Virus record (IMG/VR): IMGVR_UViG_3300023184_000332
Span: 1 to 34,154 of that record
From: a virus
Taxonomy: Duplodnaviria; Caudoviricetes
Direction: 5' to 3' (one strand)
DNA: 34,154 bases
In this document: piece by piece, positions 26,969 through 33,928 of the stretch
How the letters are laid out: every line of letters starts with the position of its first letter
How positions within the stretch are numbered: the first letter of the stretch is position 1
The notes under the pieces: generated by a model
Told to the model about the DNA's origin: nothing
Databases searched by the model: none
The model's input: only the letters and a program-made list of their open reading frames with translations
Program-made: the position numbers and the translations under genes

Positions 26969-27234
26969 ACCGTCCTCAATTCTCGTTTCTTGTGTGCTGT
27001 CCGTTCGTATTTGTCAAAATTTTTAATGAGATAACAAGCGATATCGTCGAAGTTAAGACTCAAGAGGATGCTTGGCTGTAAATCGAAAGTTACACACCAT
27101 TGCGACTGGTAATCAAATCTGGTACGGGCGTTCAAGTCGAACTCGAACCACGTAATCTTGTAAGCATCAAGCCTCGGCAGTGCCCGAAGATATTTGATAA
27201 AGTTATCTGCTGCTTCGCGTTCAAGCGGTGTCAT
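26965..27234 (-). CDS. Module D protein
   Basis: MTPLEREAADNFIKYLR...LIKNFDKYERT; paralogue of 26365-26751. Confidence 0.7.
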   Translation of the reverse strand: MTPLEREAADNFIKYLRALPRLDAYKITWFEFDLNARTRFDYQSQWCVTFDLQPSILLSLNFDDIACYLIKNFDKYERTAHKKRELRTV

Positions 27235-27448
27235 TTTCGTCCTCAGTTCTCGTTTCTTGTGTGCTGTCCAAGCCGTCCTTTGGTTGGATGAAACTTGCCA
27301 TTGAGCAAGCGTGGCAGTAGCAGCCCGGTACAACCTTGTTTTTACGCCCTATCATATTTGCCAGATGCTCAATCGAGCTTTGACCGTGAAGGGCCTGAAA
27401 TCGTTTCTCGATTGTTTCTGCTTTTCTGCGTATTAAGTTTTCTTTCAT
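27221..27448 (-). CDS. Hypothetical protein
   Basis: ATGA-coupled; CYCHAC motif; ends ENDTA* in the junction motif. Confidence 0.6.
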   Translation of the reverse strand: MKENLIRRKAETIEKRFQALHGQSSIEHLANMIGRKNKVVPGCYCHACSMASFIQPKDGLDSTQETRTEDENDTA

Positions 27449-27669
27449 TTTGGCCCCTTGTTTTTGCCGCGAGAAAAGTGGTTTTCAAACGACGATTCCC
27501 GAATCAAATTGACGTTCTCTATTTCGCGACCAACGTATTGAGTTAGCATCTTTTCGTACCAAAATTGCACGATTGGCGGCCCGTTGTCAGGTTCCAAGTA
27601 GGACTCAATAACGGAATAGCCTGGGAAACCTTTGACCTTTACGATGTCGCCACGCTCAAATCGTGACAT
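27445..27669 (-). CDS. Small hypothetical protein (SH3/KOW-like start)
   Basis: MSRFERGDIVKVKG. Confidence 0.6.
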   Translation of the reverse strand: MSRFERGDIVKVKGFPGYSVIESYLEPDNGPPIVQFWYEKMLTQYVGREIENVNLIRESSFENHFSRGKNKGPK

Positions 27670-28000
27670 TATTTATGTTCCCGTATTCGTTTGAGTACCC
27701 TTGCCAAGGAACCGCAAGCTGCGACTCTTCAGCGTAAATTTCGTATCCGTTTTTGGTTGTGCAAACATGCACAAGTCTTTCAGCACGTGGCATTTGCATT
27801 ACTTGTTTGGTGATCTCTGCATCGCTTAGGCTGGCCAAATCTGGATTATTGGCCCGTTCAATCATTATATGGCTTGCAAGGTAAGCCAGATCACGCTTAC
27901 GTTTTGCAACCAAATATGGAGTCTGCATCCAAGGCGTCATCAGGAAGGAGTACATGGCTTTTTCATGGCCTAAGTCCTTCATTGGTATCAAGTTTGGCAT
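27656..28000 (-). CDS. Hypothetical protein
   Basis: ORF tiling the minus strand; AAGGA RBS. Confidence 0.6.
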   Translation of the reverse strand: MPNLIPMKDLGHEKAMYSFLMTPWMQTPYLVAKRKRDLAYLASHIMIERANNPDLASLSDAEITKQVMQMPRAERLVHVCTTKNGYEIYAEESQLAVPWQGYSNEYGNINNVTI

Positions 28001-28036
28001 CGTTTAGGATCCTTAAAAGTGTCCAAACCGGCAACG

Positions 28037-28396
28037 TCAGTTAGATGAGTTCTGGCCGGACCTGGCGGCAAATCGGCTGTCGCCGCCAATTGGTTGCCAG
28101 CGTGCCCTTTTTCCACCAGTTTGATAATACAACCGATTGGCTTGAATTTTCAAAAGGCAAGCCTTGAGTTTTGCTTTGTATTTGAAGTAATCAGCAAGAT
28201 TACTTCGGCGCCATTCTATTGAGGATTCGCCGTTAAATAAAGCGAAGTCAATCGACATGGTTGCAAGCCTGTGCAAGCATCTTGCCCGTTCAAAATCGAA
28301 TTCTTGAAAACCAGTCCATCTTTTGGGCTGGAGATTTGCCAAATTTTTTCGGATTGCTTTTTTTGGATTTGTGCTAGCTGTGGCGAATTGGATCAT
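28037..28396 (-). CDS. Hypothetical basic protein
   Basis: ATGA-coupled ORF. Confidence 0.6.
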   Translation of the reverse strand: MIQFATASTNPKKAIRKNLANLQPKRWTGFQEFDFERARCLHRLATMSIDFALFNGESSIEWRRSNLADYFKYKAKLKACLLKIQANRLYYQTGGKRARWQPIGGDSRFAARSGQNSSN

Positions 28397-28614
28397 TGTG
28401 ATTTTCCTGCAGATAAAGCTTTCAACTCATCCATGCTGATACCTTGAGAATTCAAGTAGTGCAGCCCAGAATACTTTGCTGCAACCATCCCTGAATATGC
28501 GTCCAAAGAGTCCAGGTTGCACCTAGAGAACTGCGGGTCGTCCCGTAAAACTGCAACCATGAGTGCAATTTTTTGGGTCATATCTTTTATTAGACGATCT
28601 CTCTTATCAATCAT
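28393..28614 (-). CDS. Hypothetical protein
   Basis: Overlap-coupled ORF with GGGGA RBS. Confidence 0.6.
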   Translation of the reverse strand: MIDKRDRLIKDMTQKIALMVAVLRDDPQFSRCNLDSLDAYSGMVAAKYSGLHYLNSQGISMDELKALSAGKSQ

Positions 28615-28831
28615 TGACTTTCCCCTTTATTTTTGCCTCAACAACGTCCCCGTGTTCAGTCAGGGAAAATCGTTTGAGGTGCTTTTTCTTGGCTCCAAAA
28701 AAGTCAACTGTACGGGCAGTAAGGTCGATCTTGCACGTAAGAGTCTTTTTAGATAGGTTTGGGTAATACGTTTCGAGCCTTTTTTTTCCTTTGTCCTCGA
28801 CCTTTTCAAGGAACGCTTCAAGTGGCGTCAT
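28607..28831 (-). CDS. Hypothetical basic protein (starts MTPLE)
   Basis: Begins in a junction-motif copy. Confidence 0.6.
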   Translation of the reverse strand: MTPLEAFLEKVEDKGKKRLETYYPNLSKKTLTCKIDLTARTVDFFGAKKKHLKRFSLTEHGDVVEAKIKGKVND

Positions 28832-29219
28832 TTCGAGAAACCGCCATTCTGCTTTCGACCACCAAAAGACCAGTCCGAACGAGTTTTTTTCGTGGAGTGG
28901 AATTTTTTGTAAAGTATGAAGCCAGTAAAGAGTTTACGATGGAATCTTGGGTAACGGGTCGGCCTTGGAATTCAAGGCTCCTGTCGTTCTTAAAAACGGA
29001 CGCCTCGATAGAAAGCATCGACGCAATCTCAGGAAGAATGTGGAAAGTCAAAGATTTTCCATTTTTTGAGAGTCTTGGCCGAGACTCTTTAGGCAGTTTT
29101 ACGAGCATCATTGGCTTGATTTCTTGAAATGGTTCTGGAGGAACGATTTCTGGATTGTCTAGCCACACCTCTTGATTGATTGGCAAGGTTTCCAAGTTAT
29201 CAGCATCAACGGTTTCCAT
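28818..29219 (-). CDS. Hypothetical protein
   Basis: AAGGTG RBS; ends RNDAT* in the junction motif. Confidence 0.6.
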   Translation of the reverse strand: METVDADNLETLPINQEVWLDNPEIVPPEPFQEIKPMMLVKLPKESRPRLSKNGKSLTFHILPEIASMLSIEASVFKNDRSLEFQGRPVTQDSIVNSLLASYFTKNSTPRKKLVRTGLLVVESRMAVSRNDAT

Positions 29220-29249
29220 GTCACACCTTTCGCTAGAGTCAAATATGGG

Positions 29250-29528
29250 TCAAGAATGAACCCAAGTAGTGTCGAATGCGGACTTTGCGTTTACAAGAAG
29301 TCGGCTGGATGCACTCTTACTCATAAGGCTGAGTGCCTCGTGAAAGTTTTTGTGAATCCAGTTTTTTCCATCCCATGCAAACTCAAACTTGATATCCAAC
29401 GGAACATAAACGACTTCAGGTCGATCTATGTTCACCACAAAATCCTTTTGTTTCAGCCTCATGAGCATTTTCCTTGTTGGTTGTTTTGTCTCGTCACATA
29501 TTATTGATTCAAAAATTTTGAAAGTCAA
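29250..29528 (-). CDS. Hypothetical protein
   Basis: ORF tiling the minus strand; TTG start uncertain. Confidence 0.45.
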   Translation of the reverse strand: MTFKIFESIICDETKQPTRKMLMRLKQKDFVVNIDRPEVVYVPLDIKFEFAWDGKNWIHKNFHEALSLMSKSASSRLLVNAKSAFDTTWVHS

Positions 29529-29564
29529 TAACGAGACTAGAAAAATCTTGTTTTTTGATGCTAC

Positions 29565-29990
29565 TCATACTTGAAAATCGTCGGTTTCAAGTATGTGATT
29601 CCAAGTTCCAAGAAGTACCGATTTCAGCACTTCGCGGGTCTGGAGGCCATCCATGTGTTCTGTAATACGCTCCCAGTATCCTTCTCCTGCGGTCTTTGTC
29701 GTCTTGAGATAGTGAAGAATCAGGTTTTTGTCGCCGCTATGAAAAGCAGCCAAAGATGCTTGTTTATTGGTCAAAGAGTAAACCAGCTGTTCCTTTGGCG
29801 TGTCGGTTATGCCTGGGTCGAACTGAATTTCGACGCATATTTTTTTGTTGGATATTTCCACGTCATCGGGACCAAAATATGCAAAGTCCCTTATTGAGCC
29901 AAGGAAGTATTCAACAATTTGGGAATGCGTTCCGTTTATAGACGTTACGCAAGAATATCCGTCGTGGTATTTTACTGTTATTACGTTCAT
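29565..29990 (-). CDS. Hypothetical early protein
   Basis: GGGA RBS; 141 aa. Confidence 0.65.
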   Translation of the reverse strand: MNVITVKYHDGYSCVTSINGTHSQIVEYFLGSIRDFAYFGPDDVEISNKKICVEIQFDPGITDTPKEQLVYSLTNKQASLAAFHSGDKNLILHYLKTTKTAGEGYWERITEHMDGLQTREVLKSVLLGTWNHILETDDFQV

Positions 29991-30024
29991 CGTTCTGGAT
30001 CCCTGTAGTCAAACCTGTAAAAAT

Positions 30025-30552
30025 TCAAGACTCGAACAGGCCGCAATGTTTCATGCTGACATAAAACACGGTACATGAACAATCACCGCTTACAACTGTC
30101 CCAAGCTTTGCCAGTTCTTCCCGACATGCCTGGCGGTAGGCCAAGAACGACAAAGCGTCCGCCCAATCAATGATGGATACGGCCATCTGAAGAAGTCGAT
30201 TCGGCCTAATATCTAGCCCTCGTGGGCTTTTAGGGCAATCCGTGCATGATCGGGCAGCGGCAGCAAGCCTCGCAAGACCCCTGGACGAGTGGGCGGTTGG
30301 CAGCATTCTATGGTCAAGCCCTTCGGCATTGTCTTTTATGGCTTGAACCCATAGAGGGAGCTTGTTGCGGTCAAGAGCGTGGTTGCCCATATATAGAAGC
30401 CCAACAACGGCATCGCCATCAATAGCGGCCCAAGCACGTCCACAGCCCCTGTAAAGGTCTGGCGAGACGCTGTAGGACGTTTCAATCTTGGCTGCAGCCG
30501 TGGTCATAGTCTTGGCTGTGGTCGTGGTCGTGGTCGTGGTCGTATCTGACAT
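30025..30552 (-). CDS. Hypothetical early protein with N-terminal poly-Thr
   Basis: AAGGA RBS before MSDTTTTTTTTT; ACGACC repeats. Confidence 0.6.
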   Translation of the reverse strand: MSDTTTTTTTTTAKTMTTAAAKIETSYSVSPDLYRGCGRAWAAIDGDAVVGLLYMGNHALDRNKLPLWVQAIKDNAEGLDHRMLPTAHSSRGLARLAAAARSCTDCPKSPRGLDIRPNRLLQMAVSIIDWADALSFLAYRQACREELAKLGTVVSGDCSCTVFYVSMKHCGLFES

Positions 30553-30575
30553 GGTTCTTGTTCCTTGTTTGACCG

Positions 30576-30914
30576 TCATGCGGTTTCTTGGTTCGTATCG
30601 GGTGGTTCGGTAAAGTAGATGTTCATAAAATCTACCCCTGCGTTTGTAAGTGTGACATATTGATCGTTATTTGGTGAAACCACCAATGTAGCAACCACCG
30701 ATGCCCATGTAAGCCATATTAACAGGCCGGACTTTGGCCCGCCTGTTATCAAGGAGGCCATTTGTTTTGGTGTATTGCTAACCACCTTGCGGCCATATAT
30801 GGCCGTTTTGTTGCTTACCATCAATCCGTGATTGGAAGCAAAATAGTTGGTTCCTGGCGGCAGCATTCGGCGGAGTGCAGCAACCGATATTCGGGTTTTT
30901 ATAGGTCCTCGCAT
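30576..30914 (-). CDS. Hypothetical early protein
   Basis: ORF tiling the minus strand; AAGGA RBS. Confidence 0.6.
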   Translation of the reverse strand: MRGPIKTRISVAALRRMLPPGTNYFASNHGLMVSNKTAIYGRKVVSNTPKQMASLITGGPKSGLLIWLTWASVVATLVVSPNNDQYVTLTNAGVDFMNIYFTEPPDTNQETA

Positions 30915-31135
30915 GATCTAAGATCCTTTTCTTTGTCTTTGTAAGCCCTTCTTGCGTCTTTTATGCTGAAATAGCAATCATCGGTGCGATTGCCCTCTTG
31001 CCATGCCGCGACGACATAGACGCCATTCCTGTAGAACATTCTTACGCCAGTGTTGGACACTTGAGTGTGGCCGCTTTTGAGGGCGGCGTCCGTCAGTTCG
31101 CCCGACCTTGTGAATGATTTATTGGTCCGTGCCAT
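30899..31135 (-). CDS. Hypothetical early protein
   Basis: AGGTGA RBS. Confidence 0.6.
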   Translation of the reverse strand: MARTNKSFTRSGELTDAALKSGHTQVSNTGVRMFYRNGVYVVAAWQEGNRTDDCYFSIKDARRAYKDKEKDLRSCEDL

Positions 31136-31141
31136 GATGGC

Positions 31142-31357
31142 TCACCTTTTTCTATCCGCAACCAAGCGGATTTTGTTGCCAAACGTAGGCTTTTCTTGAG
31201 GGTCGAATTGTGATATACGAAACCGGTCGTAACCGTTTTCTATGGCCCATTTTGTGGCCTTGTCAATGGCGTTGGCGTCTGTTGTGATGATTTCTTCCTG
31301 CCAGTCTTCGTTGTCGATCTTGACGGCATAGAGTATCGTCTCGATTTTGGAATTCAT
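31142..31357 (-). CDS. Hypothetical early protein
   Basis: AAGGTGA RBS; 71 aa. Confidence 0.65.
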   Translation of the reverse strand: MNSKIETILYAVKIDNEDWQEEIITTDANAIDKATKWAIENGYDRFRISQFDPQEKPTFGNKIRLVADRKR

Positions 31358-31369
31358 AATATTTCACCT

Positions 31370-31966
31370 TTAGTTGAACGGACGAAGTTCTGATAACGCT
31401 TTAGAAAGTGCGTTTTCAGCATCTCGGTACCGCTTTCTTTTTTCCAAAACCTCTGCAACCGTGTAATTGGTCCTGTGGCCATCACCAAACGGAGGGGAGA
31501 TCGAATCTAGGAATAAGATAAACTCACGGCTCCCATGCGTTCCGATACATACGTCAACCTCGTGGCAGATGCTAATATTAGGGACTGAATAAGAGACTCT
31601 CCACGCAAGAAAGCTCAAATTAGTGACACGACGGCACACTGTAATGTTACCAGTGTTTGGAAGGTCAGGAATTTTGATGCCGGCAACGAAAGTGCCGTCA
31701 GCCTTTAAGATCTTTTTTCCGACATATGGCGCGAAGAATTTAGTCAATTCCTCATAAACCTTATTTGCGCAATCATTTGCAAGATTTACGGCAGAAACTT
31801 GGGCAGTCACTGCGGCCAAATCTGATTCTTTACCACGGATAAGTGCGGTGGATTCCAGCGTGTCGGCTCCTTTGAGTGCTGATATCAGCGCGTCATAAAA
31901 ATCGGCGGCGTCTTCGAGTTCTTCTTCCGTCGTGTGTTGTAGTTCTCTACTGTTGCGATCAATCAT
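31370..31966 (-). CDS. Hypothetical early protein
   Basis: GGGAG RBS; 198 aa. Confidence 0.65.
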   Translation of the reverse strand: MIDRNSRELQHTTEEELEDAADFYDALISALKGADTLESTALIRGKESDLAAVTAQVSAVNLANDCANKVYEELTKFFAPYVGKKILKADGTFVAGIKIPDLPNTGNITVCRRVTNLSFLAWRVSYSVPNISICHEVDVCIGTHGSREFILFLDSISPPFGDGHRTNYTVAEVLEKRKRYRDAENALSKALSELRPFN

Positions 31967-31990
31967 TGAACTATCTCCCTGTTAGCGGTG

Positions 31991-32020
31991 AAAACCGGAC
32001 GCAACAACACGTTGCGCCCG
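31991..32020 (-). terminator. Putative intrinsic terminator/processing hairpin
   Basis: Minus strand CGGGCGCAAC-GTGTT-GTTGCGTCCG followed by GTTTT, in an intergenic gap. Confidence 0.45.
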
Positions 32021-32027
32021 CTGCTGT

Positions 32028-32297
32028 TTATCTGTTGGCCCAAACCAGCTGGACGCCTGCGTGGGTAAGAGTGTCAAGGTCATCCAAGAGCTGATACCCG
32101 TCAATGTCATCGACATACAAAGCCTTTTCACCCCTCAAAATAATCACCTTTGCGTCAGCCATGTTGACCCACTCCATCGTCCCGTCGTCTTGTTCTCCGA
32201 AGCTTTCGACTCGGTAGACCGCCTCCGGGTGGGCGGCGGCTACAGCCTCGAAAACGTCAGCCCATGTCAAAATATCCGGCACAATTTGATCTTTCAT
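32028..32297 (-). CDS. Acidic hypothetical early protein
   Basis: GGGAG RBS; ATGA overlap. Confidence 0.65.
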   Translation of the reverse strand: MKDQIVPDILTWADVFEAVAAAHPEAVYRVESFGEQDDGTMEWVNMADAKVIILRGEKALYVDDIDGYQLLDDLDTLTHAGVQLVWANR

Positions 32298-32665
32298 TTC
32301 TGGCTCCCGTTAGTTGTTTCAAAGGCCAGCCAAGCGGCTCTAAAGACCGTCATGAATCGATCGCAGATTGCGGGGTTCGTTTCGTACTGCCACCCCGACC
32401 AATTTGCAATAAAATCTTGCTTCGGCTTAGGAAGTGACAAAAACTTGTCAACTGTAAGCGACTCAAAGAATCTGATGCGGCGGTCTTCAATGTCATGGCT
32501 GTTGAGGACCGTGTTGAACAAAACCGGGCTGGATACCGTGATTGTTACCTGACCGGACCCGTTGCAAGCGTAGCACATGCCGTTGTTAATGTGGCGAAAG
32601 GCTTGAATCACGCCGGTTCCGTCACATTTTCCACATGAATCAAAGATCTTTGTTGTTGCGTTCAT
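32294..32665 (-). CDS. Zinc-finger early protein
   Basis: CGKCDGTG...CYACNGSG; start MNATTK. Confidence 0.7.
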   Translation of the reverse strand: MNATTKIFDSCGKCDGTGVIQAFRHINNGMCYACNGSGQVTITVSSPVLFNTVLNSHDIEDRRIRFFESLTVDKFLSLPKPKQDFIANWSGWQYETNPAICDRFMTVFRAAWLAFETTNGSQK

Positions 32666-32679
32666 CGTTCTGGCTCCCG

Positions 32680-33066
32680 TTAGTTGTTGCGAAACACCCA
32701 AAAATCCCCGTTGTGATCGGAAGTGGAATAATCATGCCTTAAATTGGCCTCCCATGTGGCCTCGTAATCAACCTGTAGCCACGCCGGGAGCTTGATTCCA
32801 TCGTTTTCCAAAAATTCATCGACCAACTCTTGCCAACAAGCTCGCTCGCTGTCATATTTGCCCTGTAAATCATCTCGGGCAGTTCTGAGGTCACAAACAA
32901 CATCTGAGAGGTTTTCACTGGTGGCATCCATCCAGGCCGTCAAAAGGTCTCGATCCTCTTCTTTTAGCTCGATCCAGTCGAAATCAAACGGACTTACTCG
33001 GTTTTCATTGCCGGTTTCGTTTCCGTTGGTGTTTTCCGCTGTTTCGGTTCCGGCTGTGTCTTCCAT
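32680..33066 (-). CDS. ArdA-like acidic anti-restriction (DNA-mimic) protein
   Basis: Very acidic; QGKYDSE...ELVDE...LPAWLQVDYEA...L..DY...WVFRN resembles the ArdA C-terminal region. Confidence 0.65.
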   Translation of the reverse strand: MEDTAGTETAENTNGNETGNENRVSPFDFDWIELKEEDRDLLTAWMDATSENLSDVVCDLRTARDDLQGKYDSERACWQELVDEFLENDGIKLPAWLQVDYEATWEANLRHDYSTSDHNGDFWVFRNN

Positions 33067-33119
33067 CGTATCAGTCCTTGTTTGTCAGGTCGTTTCTATT
33101 CCCTTCGTCCCACACCAAT

Positions 33120-33147
33120 AGATTAGCACAGAATAAACAGGAGTCAA
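33120..33147 (-). promoter_or_regulatory. Putative strong early promoter
   Basis: TTGACT-16 bp-TAATCT with extended -10 TG and an AT-rich upstream tract. Confidence 0.6.
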
Positions 33148-33213
33148 CAACAAAAGAATATATATTTTTATAAATTGTATAGAAAGTTATAAACGGTATG
33201 GAATTAAAACTTG

Positions 33214-33242
33214 TAGACAAATTTTGGAATCCGTGTTAAAGT
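33214..33242 (+). promoter_or_regulatory. Putative promoter of the large ncRNA
   Basis: TAGACA-17 bp-TAAAGT with TG extension; ends about 7 nt before the first hairpin at 33250. Confidence 0.5.
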
Positions 33243-33249
33243 GGTAAGT

Positions 33250-33830
33250 AGTCAGAACGGACCCAGGTTGACCCCTATCACCTGCCTTACCGATTCTGGC
33301 TTGACGTAACTACAATCGGGTACAGGCTTTCGGTCGATATCCGGTACGTTGCGTAACAGAAGGTACGATAAGAGCCCGATTCGGGCACACCTAGACGCGA
33401 AATGGATCGCATACTGTTACGCAGCGGTGAGATAGGGGAAATGGCTTTTGAGAGTTGGATCACTGAACACAAACGAGATTCGCCAAGGCGTATCAGAATT
33501 TTGTGAAGCCTACAAAACATAGCCCCCCATTTGGGCCACTTGGTCAGACCACCAGTAGGCGAGAGGTGAGGTATAGTGCTTGAGGGAAAAAGGTTTAACA
33601 AACCTGAGCGAGTTAGTCGCATCAAGCAGGGTCACAGTGGTGGTCGTCCCGTATCCGCAAGTGGTTGACGCCAAAATTGAATCGCGGCTCTGTTCGAACC
33701 TAACAACCGCGCCCGTGCATGGCCCCCAAAGGGCAAAATCAGTCAACGACAGCAGATGCTAGACCTTCCCCATCTCGCAGCGTAACGCCAGTGGAACAAA
33801 CGGTTTGATCCACAGGCACACATGCACGGG
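33250..33830 (+). ncRNA. Candidate large structured non-coding RNA (~580 nt)
   Basis: More than 12 hand-found helices, including 13-bp 33347-33359/33414-33426, 33427-33440/33766-33778 and 10-bp 33712-33721/33821-33830; G-U pairs favour the + strand; no credible ORF. Confidence 0.7.
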
Positions 33831-33928
33831 ATAAAGGTTGTTGCTTGACTTTTCGTAAAACAGTTGTAAAACCTACAGTGGACGTTAGTACATTACTTTA
33901 GTGGCAATTTTGGTGTCCATTTTAGGAC

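Larger units (their letters stand above)
24541..28831 (-). repeat. Dispersed 15-bp gene-junction repeat, consensus ATGACACCGCTTGA(A/T), 12 copies
   Basis: Copies begin (plus-strand left edge) at 24541, 24827, 25047, 25385, 25632, 25789, 25881, 26470, 26737, 26870, 27220 and 28817. Confidence 0.9.

Noticed and set aside
23963-27270. Diversity-generating retroelement (TR/VR pairs)
   Set aside because: No reverse transcriptase in the window and all repeat copies are coding; an adenine-specific mismatch bias was not evident, though not computed
24541-28831. CRISPR array interpretation of the 15-bp repeats
   Set aside because: Repeats are too short, spacing ranges from about 90 to 1600 bp, the intervals are coupled ORFs, and no cas genes are present
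30518-30543. GTGGTC hexamer repeat as a phase-variation switch
   Set aside because: The unit is a multiple of three, so slippage only changes poly-Thr length
33347-33426. Hammerhead ribozyme in the three-way junction
   Set aside because: The CUGANGA and GAAA core sequences are not present at the junction positions
33287-33762. Short ORFs 33287-33625, 33510-33746 and 33580-33762
   Set aside because: No recognisable motifs, mutually overlapping, and better explained by a structured RNA
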